Part shown: positions 50,832 through 64,000 of the stretch, in pieces
How the letters are laid out: every line of letters starts with the position of its first letter
How positions within the stretch are numbered: position 1 is the first letter of the stretch
Notes under the pieces: generated by a model
What the model was told of the DNA's origin: nothing
Databases searched by the model: none
Seen by the model: the letters and a program-made list of their open reading frames with translations, nothing else
NCBI GenBank assembly: GCA_951406725.2
Contig: OX597814.1
Location: 146,134,001-146,198,000, forward strand
DNA length: 64,000 nucleotides
Reading direction: 5' to 3'
From: Octopus vulgaris
Taxonomy: Eukaryota
Program-made: the position numbers and the translations under genes

Positions 50832-52104
50832 AATATATATATATATCGATAGGAAGCTGTATATGAATCGATAGATAGATAAATACAGAGAGAGAGAGAG
50901 TGAAAGAGAGATGGTAATGGCCAAAGCATTTTCCTGTTTATCCTAAACGTCCACTTTGTTTTCAGACTAATAGTGACCCCTTGTTTGAATCCTTCAGAGT
51001 AATATAACATATTCCCTTCATAAATCACATGTTATCCTGGTATCTGAGAGAAGAAAGTTATATATCATATAAAATCTATGGACGCTGGGAAACATGCCTT
51101 GTGCATTATAGGTTATACACAGGGCAGGTTAAAGGTTCAAATATGCATTTTCAATGCTGCATATAATTTTAGGTATACACATGTTAATACTCCTGTAAAT
51201 CAGGCATAAAATGGGTTAATAATGAGCAATGAATCGATATGAAATAAGGAGAAAATAGCGAAAATATGCAGATAATGATCCACTATATTCCACAATATTG
51301 AGCAATTGTCAAACATTTAAATTTAAGCAGTTACATTATATATGGACTATTTTATATGAGCAACGTGCGCACAACCTTTTAGAAGTAAAAGTTTTAAAAA
51401 TTCTATGGTCGGAGCTCAGATACATATATTCTTTAAATGTTGTACATTGCACGTTAATATGCCGAGGGATGGATGCAATCGACTTTAAACTGGCATGATA
51501 GGGAAATAAATTTCACTTTTGTCACGGAATGAACCTCAAAATTACACGAATAAAAATTCTATGTACCGTTCTGCCTTGTTTGAAATGTCCACTTAATACA
51601 TGAGAAACTGTGATGGAAAGATCAGGAAAGTTATACGAATGTAGCGAATGGCTATTACAGCTTAAAGTAGAATAACAAGTATGCATCCATTATAAGCCTA
51701 TGTGCGTGAGTATACGTAGGGTCTATTCGATCGAACCAGTTGATAACCATGACAGGTATAGATAAAATTTCATAACATTTTCTTGTAAATATAGTGTCAC
51801 TTACACGACCAGTCTGAAAATCTGGGGAACAAAACAAAATCGTCACGCGCTTTCAAATTCAAATTTATTCGGATTGCCAGAAATGCCACAAAAACTGACA
51901 CGTGAAGTCAAGTCTTTACAGTTCGATCACATATTTACGTATCACTGATTAAGTAGTGTATAGTTGTACACTCTACCTCTGCGCATCGGTTTATAAATCT
52001 ATGGAATAATGATTATATCCGAAGCGTTTGACAAACACACCCATCACACAAACGTACATGTATGTTCACTATAGAGATATGTATGTTTATACATTTATGT
52101 ATCT

Positions 52105-52432
52105 CTTTTCCTCTTTTACTTGTTTCAGTCATTTGACTGCGGCCATGCTGGAGCACCGCCTTTAGTCGAGCAAATCGACCCCAGGACTTATGATTTGTAG
52201 GCTTAGTACTTATTCTATCGGTCTCTTTTGCCGAACCGCTAAGTTACGGGGACGTAAACACACCATCATCGGTTGTCAAGTGATGTTGGGGGGACAAACA
52301 CAGTCACACAAACATAGACACACACACACATACATATATATATATGCAGAAAACGCTTGCCCAAGGTGCCACGCAGTGGAACTAAACCCAGAACCACGTG
52401 GTTGGTAAGCAAGCTCCTTATCACATAGCCGC
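52105..52432 (-). mobile_element. SINE family A
   Basis: Reverse complement of the 11125 copy with an internal deletion. Confidence 0.85.
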
Positions 52433-53235
52433 TATAGATGTATAGACATACATGTGTTTGGAAATTTATACATATGTATGCTTGTATACACATATATATA
52501 TGTAAATAAGTTCAACTCTGTGTGTGTATGTGTGTGTGTGCGTGTAATAGAGAGAGTGACATCTATAATTAAAGAGGTTATTTAAGACTGGAGTGAGAGA
52601 GTAGATAATTGACATATATAAAAAACGTTTGACGTTTTGAGATGCGATGAATGGCGAAAGATATAACAATAAAATAATAATAATGATAAACCAATAGTTA
52701 ACGAAGAATAATAACGAAGAAAATATGCAAATCTAGGTTCTGTGCAATATGTAGGTAATTATTGGAGTAATAATGATGGATAATCTACATTCGTTGGATG
52801 TTCAGTGAATATTGTGTCCACGAGAAGAGGTTTTGTATACATTTTGAATTATGCAAACGGCTTCTGAAATTGTGAATGTAAAATAATTAAATTATAACAA
52901 TGGATGTTTTGTTAGAAAAGGAAAATATTAGTGAAACTAAAAAGACTTGTCTTTACAATGGTATAATTGAGATATTTTTGAAGTAATTTAGAAGGAATTG
53001 GTATTTCAATTAAATTTAATTAAAGACTTGGAAAAATTGAAAGGACAACGAAGATAATAAGTCAATTAATTTTCCTTTCAAAGGGTATTAACAAAATATA
53101 AATCACTTCTCCTGACAGCTGAGCTGTATTCATACGTATAGATATACGTACATATAAATGTATACGTTTATATACACACACACGCACACACACACACACG
53201 TATGAGAGTGTGTCTATGTGTATATATATATATGT

Positions 53236-53627
53236 TCTTTTATTCTTTTACTTGTTTCAGTCCTTTCACTGCAGCCATGCTGGAACACCAACTTTAGTCG
53301 AGCAAATCGACCCCAGGACTTATTTTTTATAAGCCTAGCACATATTCTATCGACCTCTTTTGTCGAACCGCTAAGTTTAGGGGACGTAAACGCAACAGCA
53401 TCGGCTATCAAAACACAGATACATGCACACACACATGCACATACACACACAAATACACACACACATATACGACGGGCTTATTTCAGTTTCTGTCTACCAA
53501 TTCCACTCACAAGTCTTTGACTTGAGGTTATAGTAGAAGACACTTACCGACGGTGCCACGCAGTGGGTCTGAACCCGGGACCATGTGGCTGGTAAGCAAG
53601 CAAGCTACTTACTACACAGCCATTCCT

Positions 53628-53632
<5 letters not shown>
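53236..53632 (-). mobile_element. SINE family A
   Basis: Reverse complement of the 11125 copy. Confidence 0.85.
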
Positions 53633-53688
<56 letters not shown>

Positions 53689-53689
53689 T

Positions 53690-54240
53690 ACCTTTCCTTA
53701 ATCCCTTCAGCCACACCACGTCCACCACACGACTTGTTTTGTCATAGTCACTAGACAGAGGAACATAGCGTGCACTGCCTTGTTAAAGGTGGATGGTGGG
53801 TCTGCCTCCAGCTAGGACTCTCCCGATAGCGGATTCATCCCAAGCAAGGATAGCTAGTGTTTCCACAAGCTAGCAATGCTCAGACATTGCACGATGCGTG
53901 CATAACCATTTCCTCGTTCTGCACCTGACACGCCTGTAGAGTTTACCTTGAACCAGCAATACTCCGTGGTAACACTGTCAGGCTAGAGATTTCTGGAAAT
54001 TACTCATGGCACATCTGGGCCCGCACGTTCTCCGAAACAGACCAGCCAGTTCATCCTGGTTGGTACCCAGACTTTTCCCGAAAATGCCATTGCTGTTATC
54101 CACCACTAGATTTCAATATAACGTACATTTCCACCGACCTCATTGTTCGACTGTTAGTGTCGTAAGCGCCTGACGACTTTCAAGATACTAGAACCAATGC
54201 GAGGAATGATCAACAACTGACATGCACTTCTTCAACAATA
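53690..54240 (-). mobile_element. Possible Ty3/gypsy gag remnant
   Basis: GC-richer island next to (TA)n. Fragments such as LYRR..VQNEE and LEADPPSTFNKAV resemble gag capsid motifs. No open frame. Confidence 0.25.
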
Positions 54241-54507
54241 GCACAATTTATTGATTACATCAAAATTGAATTTCGGTTTCACAAATGCACCACGTCCAAA
54301 TTTTCAAGGGAGAGCTATCGAACGCACGTAGCATTATCCTAGACAGAAATACCGAAATAGAAGAATATGAACCGAGGATGTTATAAGCATTTAACTGTTT
54401 GAAGAGCAAGTGGAATTAAGGAGCCACTAATTAGAGAATGGTTAATAAAAGAATAGAAACCTTATTATTTCTAAATCTCTCAACGAGAGAGATACAGTGA
54501 CAGTACT

Positions 54508-54839
54508 TTAAAGTAAAGATTATTTGACCACATAATGTGGCAATACCGGTTGGTATGAATGTAACTGTTGTTTTAGTCCCAGGAAACATCCTCTCCAGCT
54601 GGCTATATATTTTTGTCTCCAGCAATCCACATCATATACAGCTGTCCTTATATTTTCGTACAGGGGAGTTTAGCACCACCACTCTGAGTGGAGGTGGTAG
54701 CTCCCCTGTTCGAAAATATAAGGACATAGATGTGTGTCCTATAGCCAGCTGGAGGCGATGTTTCCTGGGGCTAAAATGACAGTAACCTTCATCCCAACCG
54801 GGACTGCTACATTAAGTTTGCAAATAATCTTAATTTTAA
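54508..54839. repeat. Diverged fold-back (MITE-like) element
   Basis: Arm ATAGCCAGCTGGA..GATGTTTCCTGGG.CTAAAA..ACAGT...CAAATAATCTT is present in inverted orientation on both sides of a central CCACC/GGTGG hairpin. Confidence 0.75.
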
Positions 54840-55983
54840 TAAAAGAATGATGTTTTGAAACCGAGTTAAGTGACTTGAGGTCATAAACACGTTACCCTTG
54901 CCTGTAAACAAATATAACTTGAGTGTTATTCACTTGCCTAACTCTGAGATCAACAATGTTGATATCAACAATGTTGATATCAACAATGTTGATATCAACA
55001 TCCGAAACCTGGCAAACGCTAGTTTCAAAGTGGAAACTATGGGCTATATTGGAAAACACTGTTAAGGATCAGTGCCTTCCAAGTAGGAACTAACAGTGTC
55101 ATCTTTTGAAGTATGAAAGCAATTCATCGAATGGGAATGCGGTAACGATCCTGAGACAATCGACTAAAACTGGCCCTAACAGAGTACTTTCAACGACGTA
55201 TCAGGGCAGCTCAGTACATTTACACTGTCATAAGCTGCGCATACAACCTCCCTCACAGAAACAATTGATGGGAACAGAAACCGCTCCATGTTGCTCAGAA
55301 AGATAATTTTAACATACTTTATAATTTCAGTGTAGTGACTGATCAAGTAATTCAGGTTAACCTGTAAAATATCTTTGTGAAGAACCATATTGAAAGACAT
55401 GCTTGTTGATTGACCTTTCGCCTCAGATGACAAAAACACATCTGGTTAACATTTGAGAAATTGTGTAAAGATAAGGTCTTGGAGACAGCAATCAGGAGAT
55501 TGTGACATCTCAAAGTAACATTAACTATTTTGATGCGTGCGCTTCAAATATTGTCAAAAGAAGGAAATAAATATGTAGCACAAATACCTGGCAGCTCCAA
55601 AATAAGTGAATTGCAAAGGATCATGCTTACTGGTACCTCTTATATTATATGCAAGTTCCTTTTCACGTATGTATCAACTTCTCCAGTTTTACAATAAAAG
55701 TTATATACTTATTTCTGTAATAGTGATAAGTTTTTTTCTCAAATGTATGTCACATCATCTCCTAACTTCTTCGTCTCTTAGCGTCTTCCACTTCTGGAAT
55801 CTTTGATTCCTAGCATGTTGAGATGCAAGACATTACTGTCCCTTGGAATTTCTGGTTCAGATTTGGCTGTAGGTTGTATAAATTAAAGCAAAGGCAGATC
55901 ATAATGCCGCAAATAATGGAATTATCGTTTCTTCATATTTTATATATAAATATTCAAATCAAATGATACACCCGAAGATATTA

Positions 55984-56052
<69 letters not shown>

Positions 56053-56240
56053 TGGTAACAATAAATATGGAACCGATACTTCTATAAATTCTGACTATAC
56101 TTTCCTTTCTTATTATTAATATATACTCTGTACACTATCGAGAACTTTTCATCAGCCGTTCCTCCCACTCACTCTTCCTCCTAATATCCCACCCTTGCTA
56201 TCTTTATCTATCCATCCATCAATCTATCTATCTCCATATA

Positions 56241-56283
<43 letters not shown>

Positions 56284-56774
56284 GTATATATATATATAGT
56301 ATATATATATATATTAGTATATATATATATATTAGTATATATATAATAGTATCAAAAAATCACCTTAGTGAATATTTATGATTTATCCTTCCTGGTATAT
56401 ACAAAGAAGTATTACGTGCTTTGTGTTGCGATATATACATGCCAGTTGCAATAGACTGAAAAATATATACATAAATACATTATCTTTTCTATGTAAAAAT
56501 CTTTTAATCTTTATGAGAAGTCAATACAATATGCCTCTTTCGTTTATGTGTTAGGCAGGCATAAAATGACATATGTGAGATTTTAGTAGCTGGAAGTATA
56601 TAAAAAGGAAGAGAATACAAATATATTTTTCACTGTTGCATTCAAATAGATGTATACATTTGATAAGTCTAAATAAAACCAGTCAACATGTTGATGTTTC
56701 ATCCATTTATATTTACCTGTACGTACTGATATCTGTTTTTATTTACATATATATGTGCATATTTAGATTTGAAT

Positions 56775-56843
<69 letters not shown>

Positions 56844-57149
56844 GCACACACACACACACACACACATATACCTGCGTTCGTATATTTGTTCTATTTGTGT
56901 TATTTGCTGAAAATACAGTTATATATCCATTTTTACATTGTTTATAAATACTCGTGTTACTTATATGTAGAGGAAAATGGAAAAGTTTGGTTAATTTCTT
57001 TAATATCGCTCTGTATCAGTGCAAGGAAGTTTAGACACGTTCGCGAAAGCAGCATTCTATTGAATTATTATTATTATTTTCATATATTTTCATATACACC
57101 ACAGATTAAACTGTTGGAAGAGAAAAATTACTAACATCAAGCTACAACA

Positions 57150-57385
57150 CGTAACATTAGATACGAAGAAGCCTCCTAAGTCTCCTAGCTGTCCCTAATA
57201 ATATTGTTTTCTTGAGCTGTACTATACTGGGCTTTATGCTTATTGCCTCTATTCATCTGTTCAGGTCTTTAGAAATAGTTCCCAATACACCTATAAATAC
57301 TGAGGATACATTTTACCCGCATTTTCCAAACTCTCAGTAATTCAATAGCTACGTCCTGGTACTTTGCTATTTTTTGCTATACGTA
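57150..57385 (-). mobile_element. C-terminal fragment of an R4/Dong-like RLE retrotransposon, opposite orientation to its neighbour
   Basis: KIAKYQDVAIELLRVWKM...IGVLGTISKDL...QLKKTILLGTARRLRR. Confidence 0.7.
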
Positions 57386-57419
57386 CTTGGGGATTTTGGA
57401 AATGGATAAATTGATGGAA

Positions 57420-58460
57420 AAAGAAATGATAGAAACATTTTAGGTGGAGTACTTGCGCAGATTGAGATTGATACTTAAGTCGAAATTAAACGGACAGAAT
57501 AAGCTTGAAGCTATGAAAACCTGGGCGGTTTCACTCCTTTGGTATGGAGCACAGGTAGTCCTATGAATAGTAGACGAAATAAACCGCTTAGACAGAAAGA
57601 CAAGGAAGTTACTAACTAGATATGGGACACTCTACCCAAAAGTAACGCAGAAAGGCTGTATGTACCAAAACAAAGAGGGGGAAGATGACTTATTAGATGT
57701 GAACACAGCATTAGAGCAGAAGAAAACAACATAGCATAGTATGTAAAAGTGCAACAGAACCGCTATTATTAGAGGTAAGAAGATCAGGCTTGTGTAGGAT
57801 GAACGATTGCAAAGATAAAGCACTGTACAAGAAATTGGAAACGATTGCAACTGAAAATAAATAGGTAAAGAAAAGAATGCTTGGACAATTTCACAAGTAT
57901 GTTGAAGATAAGACAGACAGAGTAAAAATATGACTAAAAGGGATTTAAAACCGGAAACGGAGGCCATGATCTTTGCTGCCCAAGATCAAGCACTAAAAAC
58001 AAACTACATAAAATACAGAGTAGGCAACACATCAGAAAGTGATAAGTGCAGAATTTGTGGGCAAAATCGTGAAACCATATGGTATATTACAAGCCAATGT
58101 TCGCCACTAGCCTACAAGGAATATAAGACACGCCACGACAATATAGCAAGGCTTGTCAATTGAACACTTTGCAAAAAGTATGGACTTGACTGAGAAAAGT
58201 TTGGTACGACCAGAAACCCGAAGGCATCATCGAAAATGATATGCAAAGATCCTGTGGGATTTTGTATTTCAGTGTGACCATGAGATAGACAATAGGAAAC
58301 CAGACATAGTCTTATTTGGGAAAGAATACAAACTATGATAAATCATATATTATAGCATGCCCATCTTACAACAGGTCATGCGACAAGGAAGAAAGAAATT
58401 TCGAATAGGTACGACAAGGTAGCTTGGGACGTAAAGCAGTTGTGGTTGATGAAAACTTAT
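57420..58460 (+). pseudogene. R4/Dong-like non-LTR retrotransposon remnant (post-RT region, Zn knuckle, restriction-like endonuclease)
   Basis: LKSKLNGQNKLEAMKTWAV, LDRKTRKLL, ETEAMIFAAQDQAL, CRICGQNRETIWYITSQC..YKTRHDNIA and RKPDIVL. Confidence 0.85.
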
Positions 58461-58569
58461 CACTTTCTGACGTGTTGCCTTCTCTGTATTCTATTTAGTC
58501 TGTCCTTAGTGCTTGCTCTTGGGCAGCAAACTTAGGGCCTCCGTTTCCAGTTTTAAATCACATTTAGTA

Positions 58570-59138
58570 GTGGTACTCATAATTATCAGAGTCCGGGAAT
58601 AGTAAGAAAAAACCTCTCATGGCTTCTGATCTTAACTGATTGGAAGTGTTATCATGTACATTGTTTTGTCTTTGTATAAAAGATGGGCTACAGCAAATAT
58701 TCTCAATACCACACATTTACTTGTCAGTTGTTTGACCTTAACAACTTGACCATCTCTTTTAGTGGCTGACAATATATGCTTCTCTAAACACGAGGAGAAG
58801 TAGTGGGGGAGCATCATAGCCATGTGTTGAAAGGAATTCTTGAAGGTTTGAATAATTCACATTTCGAAACATGGGTGGTTCGTTCAACATCATTAAACGA
58901 TCCTTATTCAGGGACCTTTTGAGCGAAATGGGCTACTCGACTAGAAGAAAATTTTAACTGGGCACCACCTGCAAGTTTATGTGCTGTTTATCTTGACATG
59001 AGATAATCATGTCACGCATATTTTGTTGAAATGCATGTGCCTGGTGTAACCTTATCGGACGGTTAGTCATGATGGGTATACTGGGCTTCGTGTATTTTAC
59101 CCCAGTGTCACTTTGATGGCATGCACTGCTCTCTCCTC
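58570..59138. repeat. Interspersed repeat next to an (AAT)n tract; second copy at ~15461-15705
   Basis: TCAGTTGTTT.ACCTTAAC..CACGAG.AGAAGTAGTGGG..AGCATCATAGC.ATGTGTTGA..GAATAATTCAC..GAAACATGGGTG is shared by both loci. Confidence 0.8.
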
Positions 59139-59202
<64 letters not shown>

Positions 59203-59702
59203 GCAATCATATGACGACGATGTCTATGAAAATAAGGAGGAGAACAACGACGAAGAAAGCGAGGAAGTCGTAGATGATTATGATGACTACTGAAATTGAC
59301 GATTGTGATGGTAATAGTAATTTTGATAAACCACAAGCATGACACGCACTAAATTAGTAAGGAAGGAAAAGATGCATTTCATGTAAGCAATAAATAATCG
59401 TGTTGCATTTTAGTGACATATTGATTTCATTTAGTATTACTTGACAAAGACATGGTTAGTAGGTGCTAAGACCGCTATTTTGTATTTCCCTAATGATTTA
59501 CGAATTTTTATTACCGGGTCAGCTTAATCAAAAGAGAAAGTATAAAGTGAACACAACAGTGAGTATACACACCCTGGCTAATTACATCCAGTCAATCATA
59601 ATGGTGCGGAAATATCAATTTAGACACATACGTGTGTGTTATTTGTGTGCGGGAATTTGTGAGTGTACGTATATACATACAAGCATATACATACATACCA
59701 CC

Positions 59703-59752
<50 letters not shown>

Positions 59753-59790
59753 CATGGGTACATATATATATATATGTATTATATGTATAT

Positions 59791-59832
<42 letters not shown>

Positions 59833-60072
59833 GTTTATATATACACACATATATACAAACACATTATGAATGTAGAGGTAACGAAGGTTAACTATGTCGA
59901 GTTCATTACTCACTCCCGTATAATACGTGATCTTTTATATGTATGCAAACTTCCTCGTTCACTTTCTTCGACGTAACTTTATCCCTCTTGATAAATATAT
60001 GGGCTTACGCAGGAATGTGATATGGTTTTATGTGATCTCACTCTCTGTGTACGTATATATAATAAATAAATA

Positions 60073-60110
<38 letters not shown>

Positions 60111-60119
60111 TAATAATAA

Positions 60120-60151
<32 letters not shown>

Positions 60152-60171
60152 ATAATAATAATAACAATAAA

Positions 60172-60211
<40 letters not shown>

Positions 60212-60799
60212 GGTAAAATTAATTAATCAATTAAAAATTAATAATTTTACTAAGTAGTTCGGTATGTTAAAAAAAACCATTATCGGTTCTATAAATATAA
60301 GCATAATTATAATTAGGGTTCAGCAAAATTGCTTCAGCACATACCGAAATTTAGAAAATTGCAGTTAAATACTATTCCACTACCATAAGATAGCTAGCAG
60401 ATAGCAATACTACCAACTCATGCAGGCAAAGATCGTTAGTGAGACACGATGTTATCGATGTACCTGGTGAAACCCAGACTGCAAAATCGATGCAACATAA
60501 TATGTTCAACAGAGTCGCACATACAAATGACAATGGCAGGACAGTTCGAAAAGAACGTTGTACAGAATAAACGTTTAATACCAAATCCAGCTTCTCGTTA
60601 CTTAATATAATTACTCTAAGTGACACTGGCAGAGTTCCTGAAGTAGATCCAACAGAAGTATATCACGACTACGGATGACAACAGTTAGCCTAAACTGTGC
60701 CGGTGCTCCACTCAACATTTAAACACAGTAATCCACTTATACATATTAGTCCAAAATATTTTCTCATATACATACATACATATACATATACATACATAC

Positions 60800-61565
60800 A
60801 TACATACATACATATAATATTTTTAAAAAGGATTGACGTAACTCTTCACAAATTTAAACAGTTAAGACGTAGAGCGCGATTCGATTGTAAGATATTTTAT
60901 TAGTTGAAAGATATTTCAACAGTACGTCTGTCTTTGTCAAGTACGTCTGTCTTTGTAATTCAAAATTACAGAAATTTAAACGTAAAGTATGAACGAGAGC
61001 AACTAGCGTCCACACGTTGACGGAATGACATTATCAGTTTTTAGGTTACAATTTTATAACAGGCGTAAAGAAAAAGATAGAAAATAAGAAAAAAAGAAGA
61101 CGACAGAAAAATGGAAATAAAACAGGGAAAGAAAAATATCTAATCAAGCAGGTTTGTATAAATTTGATGATATTCTCCTGTCATCTTGTTCATTCCTCCA
61201 GGGCGTGATGTTAATAACTCGCAAACTTATTTCTCCTCATACATTCTGAGAAGTGAAAGCGAAGTAGATTCAGAATATTTTCTGAGAATATGCACTTTCA
61301 AGTCTTCTTCAATATTGCGGCAGATTGAAACGAAATTTTCAGCAAGTTCTGTCGAACTACTGCTATTGTGTCTGACGTCGAATCTGTGCCCATTAAACCT
61401 TCTGTTTAATTGTTCTGTTGTGCAACCAACATAAATTAAGTTGTGTTTCGTGCATTCTGCAGCGTAAACCAAATTGGAATCGTTACATGTTCCACCTTCT
61501 GTATAAATCTTGACATTTCTGTTATAATTTCTGATGGAATTCCTTTCACTCATGTTGTTGCTCAA
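60800..61565 (-). mobile_element. Penelope-like element 3' fragment with GIY-YIG endonuclease ORF (61227-61565) and downstream terminal region
   Basis: CNDSNLVYAAECTKHNLIYVGCTTEQLNRRFNGHR is a PLE-type GIY-YIG. A hammerhead-like motif lies downstream on the same strand. Confidence 0.85.
60904..60963 (-). ncRNA. Hammerhead-like motif with U3-A8 core variant, disrupted by a 19-bp tandem duplication
   Basis: Minus strand reads TTGAA..[dup]..TTGACAA-A-GACAG-ACGTA-CTGTT-GAAA-TA-TC-TTTCAA, about 270 nt downstream of the GIY-YIG ORF. Confidence 0.4.
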
Positions 61566-62267
61566 TGAAGTAAGCCCTCTTCATTACACACAAGTAGACT
61601 AACAAAAAAACAAAAATACACAGAGCATATACAACACACAATTAAAGAAACAATAGGGAAGATGAAGGCAGTAATTAGAATTATCGAAGAAGAAATGCAT
61701 TTAATTGACAGGAAAATTTATAAAAAATTAAAAGCAGATTTTTGGAGACGAAGTAAACACATTAGGGTTAGAAACAAGATACGATTGTTTGCCACCTGTG
61801 GTAGAATTAAAAAAACGAAGCCGCTTTCCATTTAGTAAGATAATTATTCGGATAAAAGTTGGTTTAAAAATAATGCAAATGTATAGTTAAATCGTTACTA
61901 CTCGGAAGTGGGTTTGAGTAGTAGCCATTACATCTTCATTTTTATATAATATCATTTCATTCATCCTTTTATATTTTTGTCCCCACTTCTACTGTCTTGT
62001 CTGTCCTTGTTCGTCCATTCTCTGCATGCTCTTTATAGACAATAAAAGATATACAGACTGCGAGGTACGCTGTTCGGGTCAATTACACAGACGATGAAGA
62101 TACGTCGTCATAATGCGTTACATATTAGTGACGACAAGAATTCGTACACACACACTGAAGACATATCAGTGGTGACGGTGAGTCGAACTACACGCAGTGG
62201 AAAATAAGACACAACACAGACGGGCCGTGTAAGAAGACATCAATTACACACAGTGAAAAATTTGAAT

Positions 62268-62523
62268 AAGGATTTAAGTCAGGTAACTAAGTGTTAGTAG
62301 CGATACCGGTTAACAATGTAGACTGGTAATACCTGCGGCATTCGGAAGAGAACAATAATACTATGTGGAACAAAAAATTATAATAAGTCCGTGTGAAGGA
62401 TTTAAGTCAGGTCACTATGTGTTAGTAGCTCTACCGGTAAACAATGTAGATCGGTACTAACTGTGGCATTCTGAAGAGAAAAATAATTTTGTGTGTAAGA
62501 AAAAAATGATAATTCTGTGTGTG
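62268..62523 (+). repeat. 128-bp tandem duplication, diverged
   Basis: AAGGATTTAAGTCAGGT.ACTA.GTGTTAGTAGC..TACCGGT.AACAATGTAGA starts at 62268 and again at 62396. Confidence 0.85.
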
Positions 62524-62579
62524 GGAAAGGAAAAATGAAAAAAGAAAAAATAATGATTGAAAGAAAAAATCTCAAAGCG

Positions 62580-64000
62580 GGGAGGTGTTGTTGCGGACAC
62601 CCTCAAGTAAGAAGTGAGCTGTAGCACTACTGATAAATAGTGGACAGACACAGCAAGCAGAGTCAGTCCTCGAGGTGTTTTTTGAGTTGGCAGTATTTTG
62701 GGTTAAATTACTTGTGATTCAGAAATAAGCCATTTGTTTGTTATACTTGTTGAAGGTCTCCCCGTCTGGGTTAACCTAGGATATGTTAAATTTACTGAAT
62801 TTTAAACTATTGTTGCTGTTTTTGCCTGTTTTTTGGATCTGTTTTCTTCCCCAATTATGGGGAAGCTATGCATCAGGCACGATTAAAGGAGTATCTACCT
62901 GGAAGTACGAGAAATTAAGATAGAGCCCAGAAAGGACGACAGTCAGTTGATAGAGAAGGAGCCAGTTTGAGTCTGACTCAACCGGAAGAATTGACTAACA
63001 ATGTGGCGAAGAGAACAGTAGTGTACAGAACGCTATCCACGTCCTCTAAAAGATAGAGGTTGCCCCTATACAGGCAATAGAGTAGTGCCTCGAGAACGTA
63101 AAGAAGATTACCATATTTTATCGGCACAGTTGAAGTAAGGTTTGGCATCGAAGAAGATGCGATAAACCACTCCACTGTGCTGATAAGGACGCAGGAATGG
63201 GTACTTCTGCCGACTTACTGTAGCAAACGCATCGCCAGAGTAAGAATTGGCAGAGTACCCACCGAGATTAAGGAAGCATGACTGGTCGCAGCAATCAGGC
63301 ACAGAATGAAGGATGAAGCAAAACTCTTTAAGATCACGAGAACCAAAAGGGTTAATTGATGGGGGTTTGTCCTCGAGATGGCCATACAAGTGAGCCTAAA
63401 ATACTTGTACGAGATCACAGAGATCAGACTGAGAGTAGTGGTAGAGCGAAGACCATCAGCATGTTTCTTATGTGGTCAAAAGGGGCATATGAATGCGAGG
63501 TGCCCCCAGAAAGAAAACAAATGGAAGGATCAAAAGAGTGAAGAACAGAGTACCGAAGTGGTGGTGCCAGAAGGAGAGGAAGATAGAGTGGAGAAATCCT
63601 TCACTGTCGTGAATAGGAGTAAAAGGAAAGAGCGTGTGAGTTCTCCACCAGAGAGCCAGAGAAGGATGAAGGAGAGTGAGATGGAGGAGACGAGGAACAG
63701 GTTCGAGACTCCAACAGAATCAACAATGGAAGGTAGAGTGGAAAGAGAAACACCATTGCAACACGATGTGAAAGGATTAGACTTTGAGTTTTATTTTAGA
63801 ACAGCCCAGGTCCGTCGCTGAAGCAAACGGTTGTAAAAAAGAGAAGAAAAAAACAAATGGCATGTGGTTACATACGCCAAAAGTACGGCAATCGAGTGGA
63901 AGATCGCGAAGTTTAAATCGATCGTAAGAGTGAAGTTGCCTCCGGAGAAATATACAGAACACACCAAGGGAATAAATATTGACAAAGAGAGATACGAGAA
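62580..64000 (+). mobile_element. Degraded L1/Tx1-like LINE 5' region with gag-like ORF1 (CCHC zinc knuckle); runs off the window end
   Basis: 63378-63821: LRVVVERRPSACFLCGQKGHMNARCP (C-x2-C-x4-H-x4-C) followed by an E/K/R-rich tail with FTVVNRSKRK. Upstream frames are broken. Confidence 0.65.

Overview
AT-rich, microsatellite-dense eukaryotic DNA. The tRNA-derived SINE families and repeat load look like an octopus (coleoid cephalopod) genome; this is inference only. I found no convincing host gene exon, and most ORFs in the track are translations of (TA)n, (CA)n or (ATCT)n tracts. The main element is a young, apparently full-length ~4.76 kb CR1-group LINE on the minus strand (40671-45433), lying between (TA)n tracts. 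Its ORF1 is unusual: Myb/SANT(trihelix)-like domain, polyQ/Thr linker and two duplicated CCCH zinc fingers. Its APE+RT ORF2 is split by a single 1-nt frameshift. The window also holds Penelope-like element (PLE) remnants with several degenerate hammerhead-ribozyme-like motifs. Other content: R4/Dong-type, RTE and Tx1/L1-like LINE fragments, a mariner fossil, two fold-back elements, a ~605 bp near-perfect palindrome and many modular SINEs. All calls were made by eye, and boundaries of degraded repeats are approximate.
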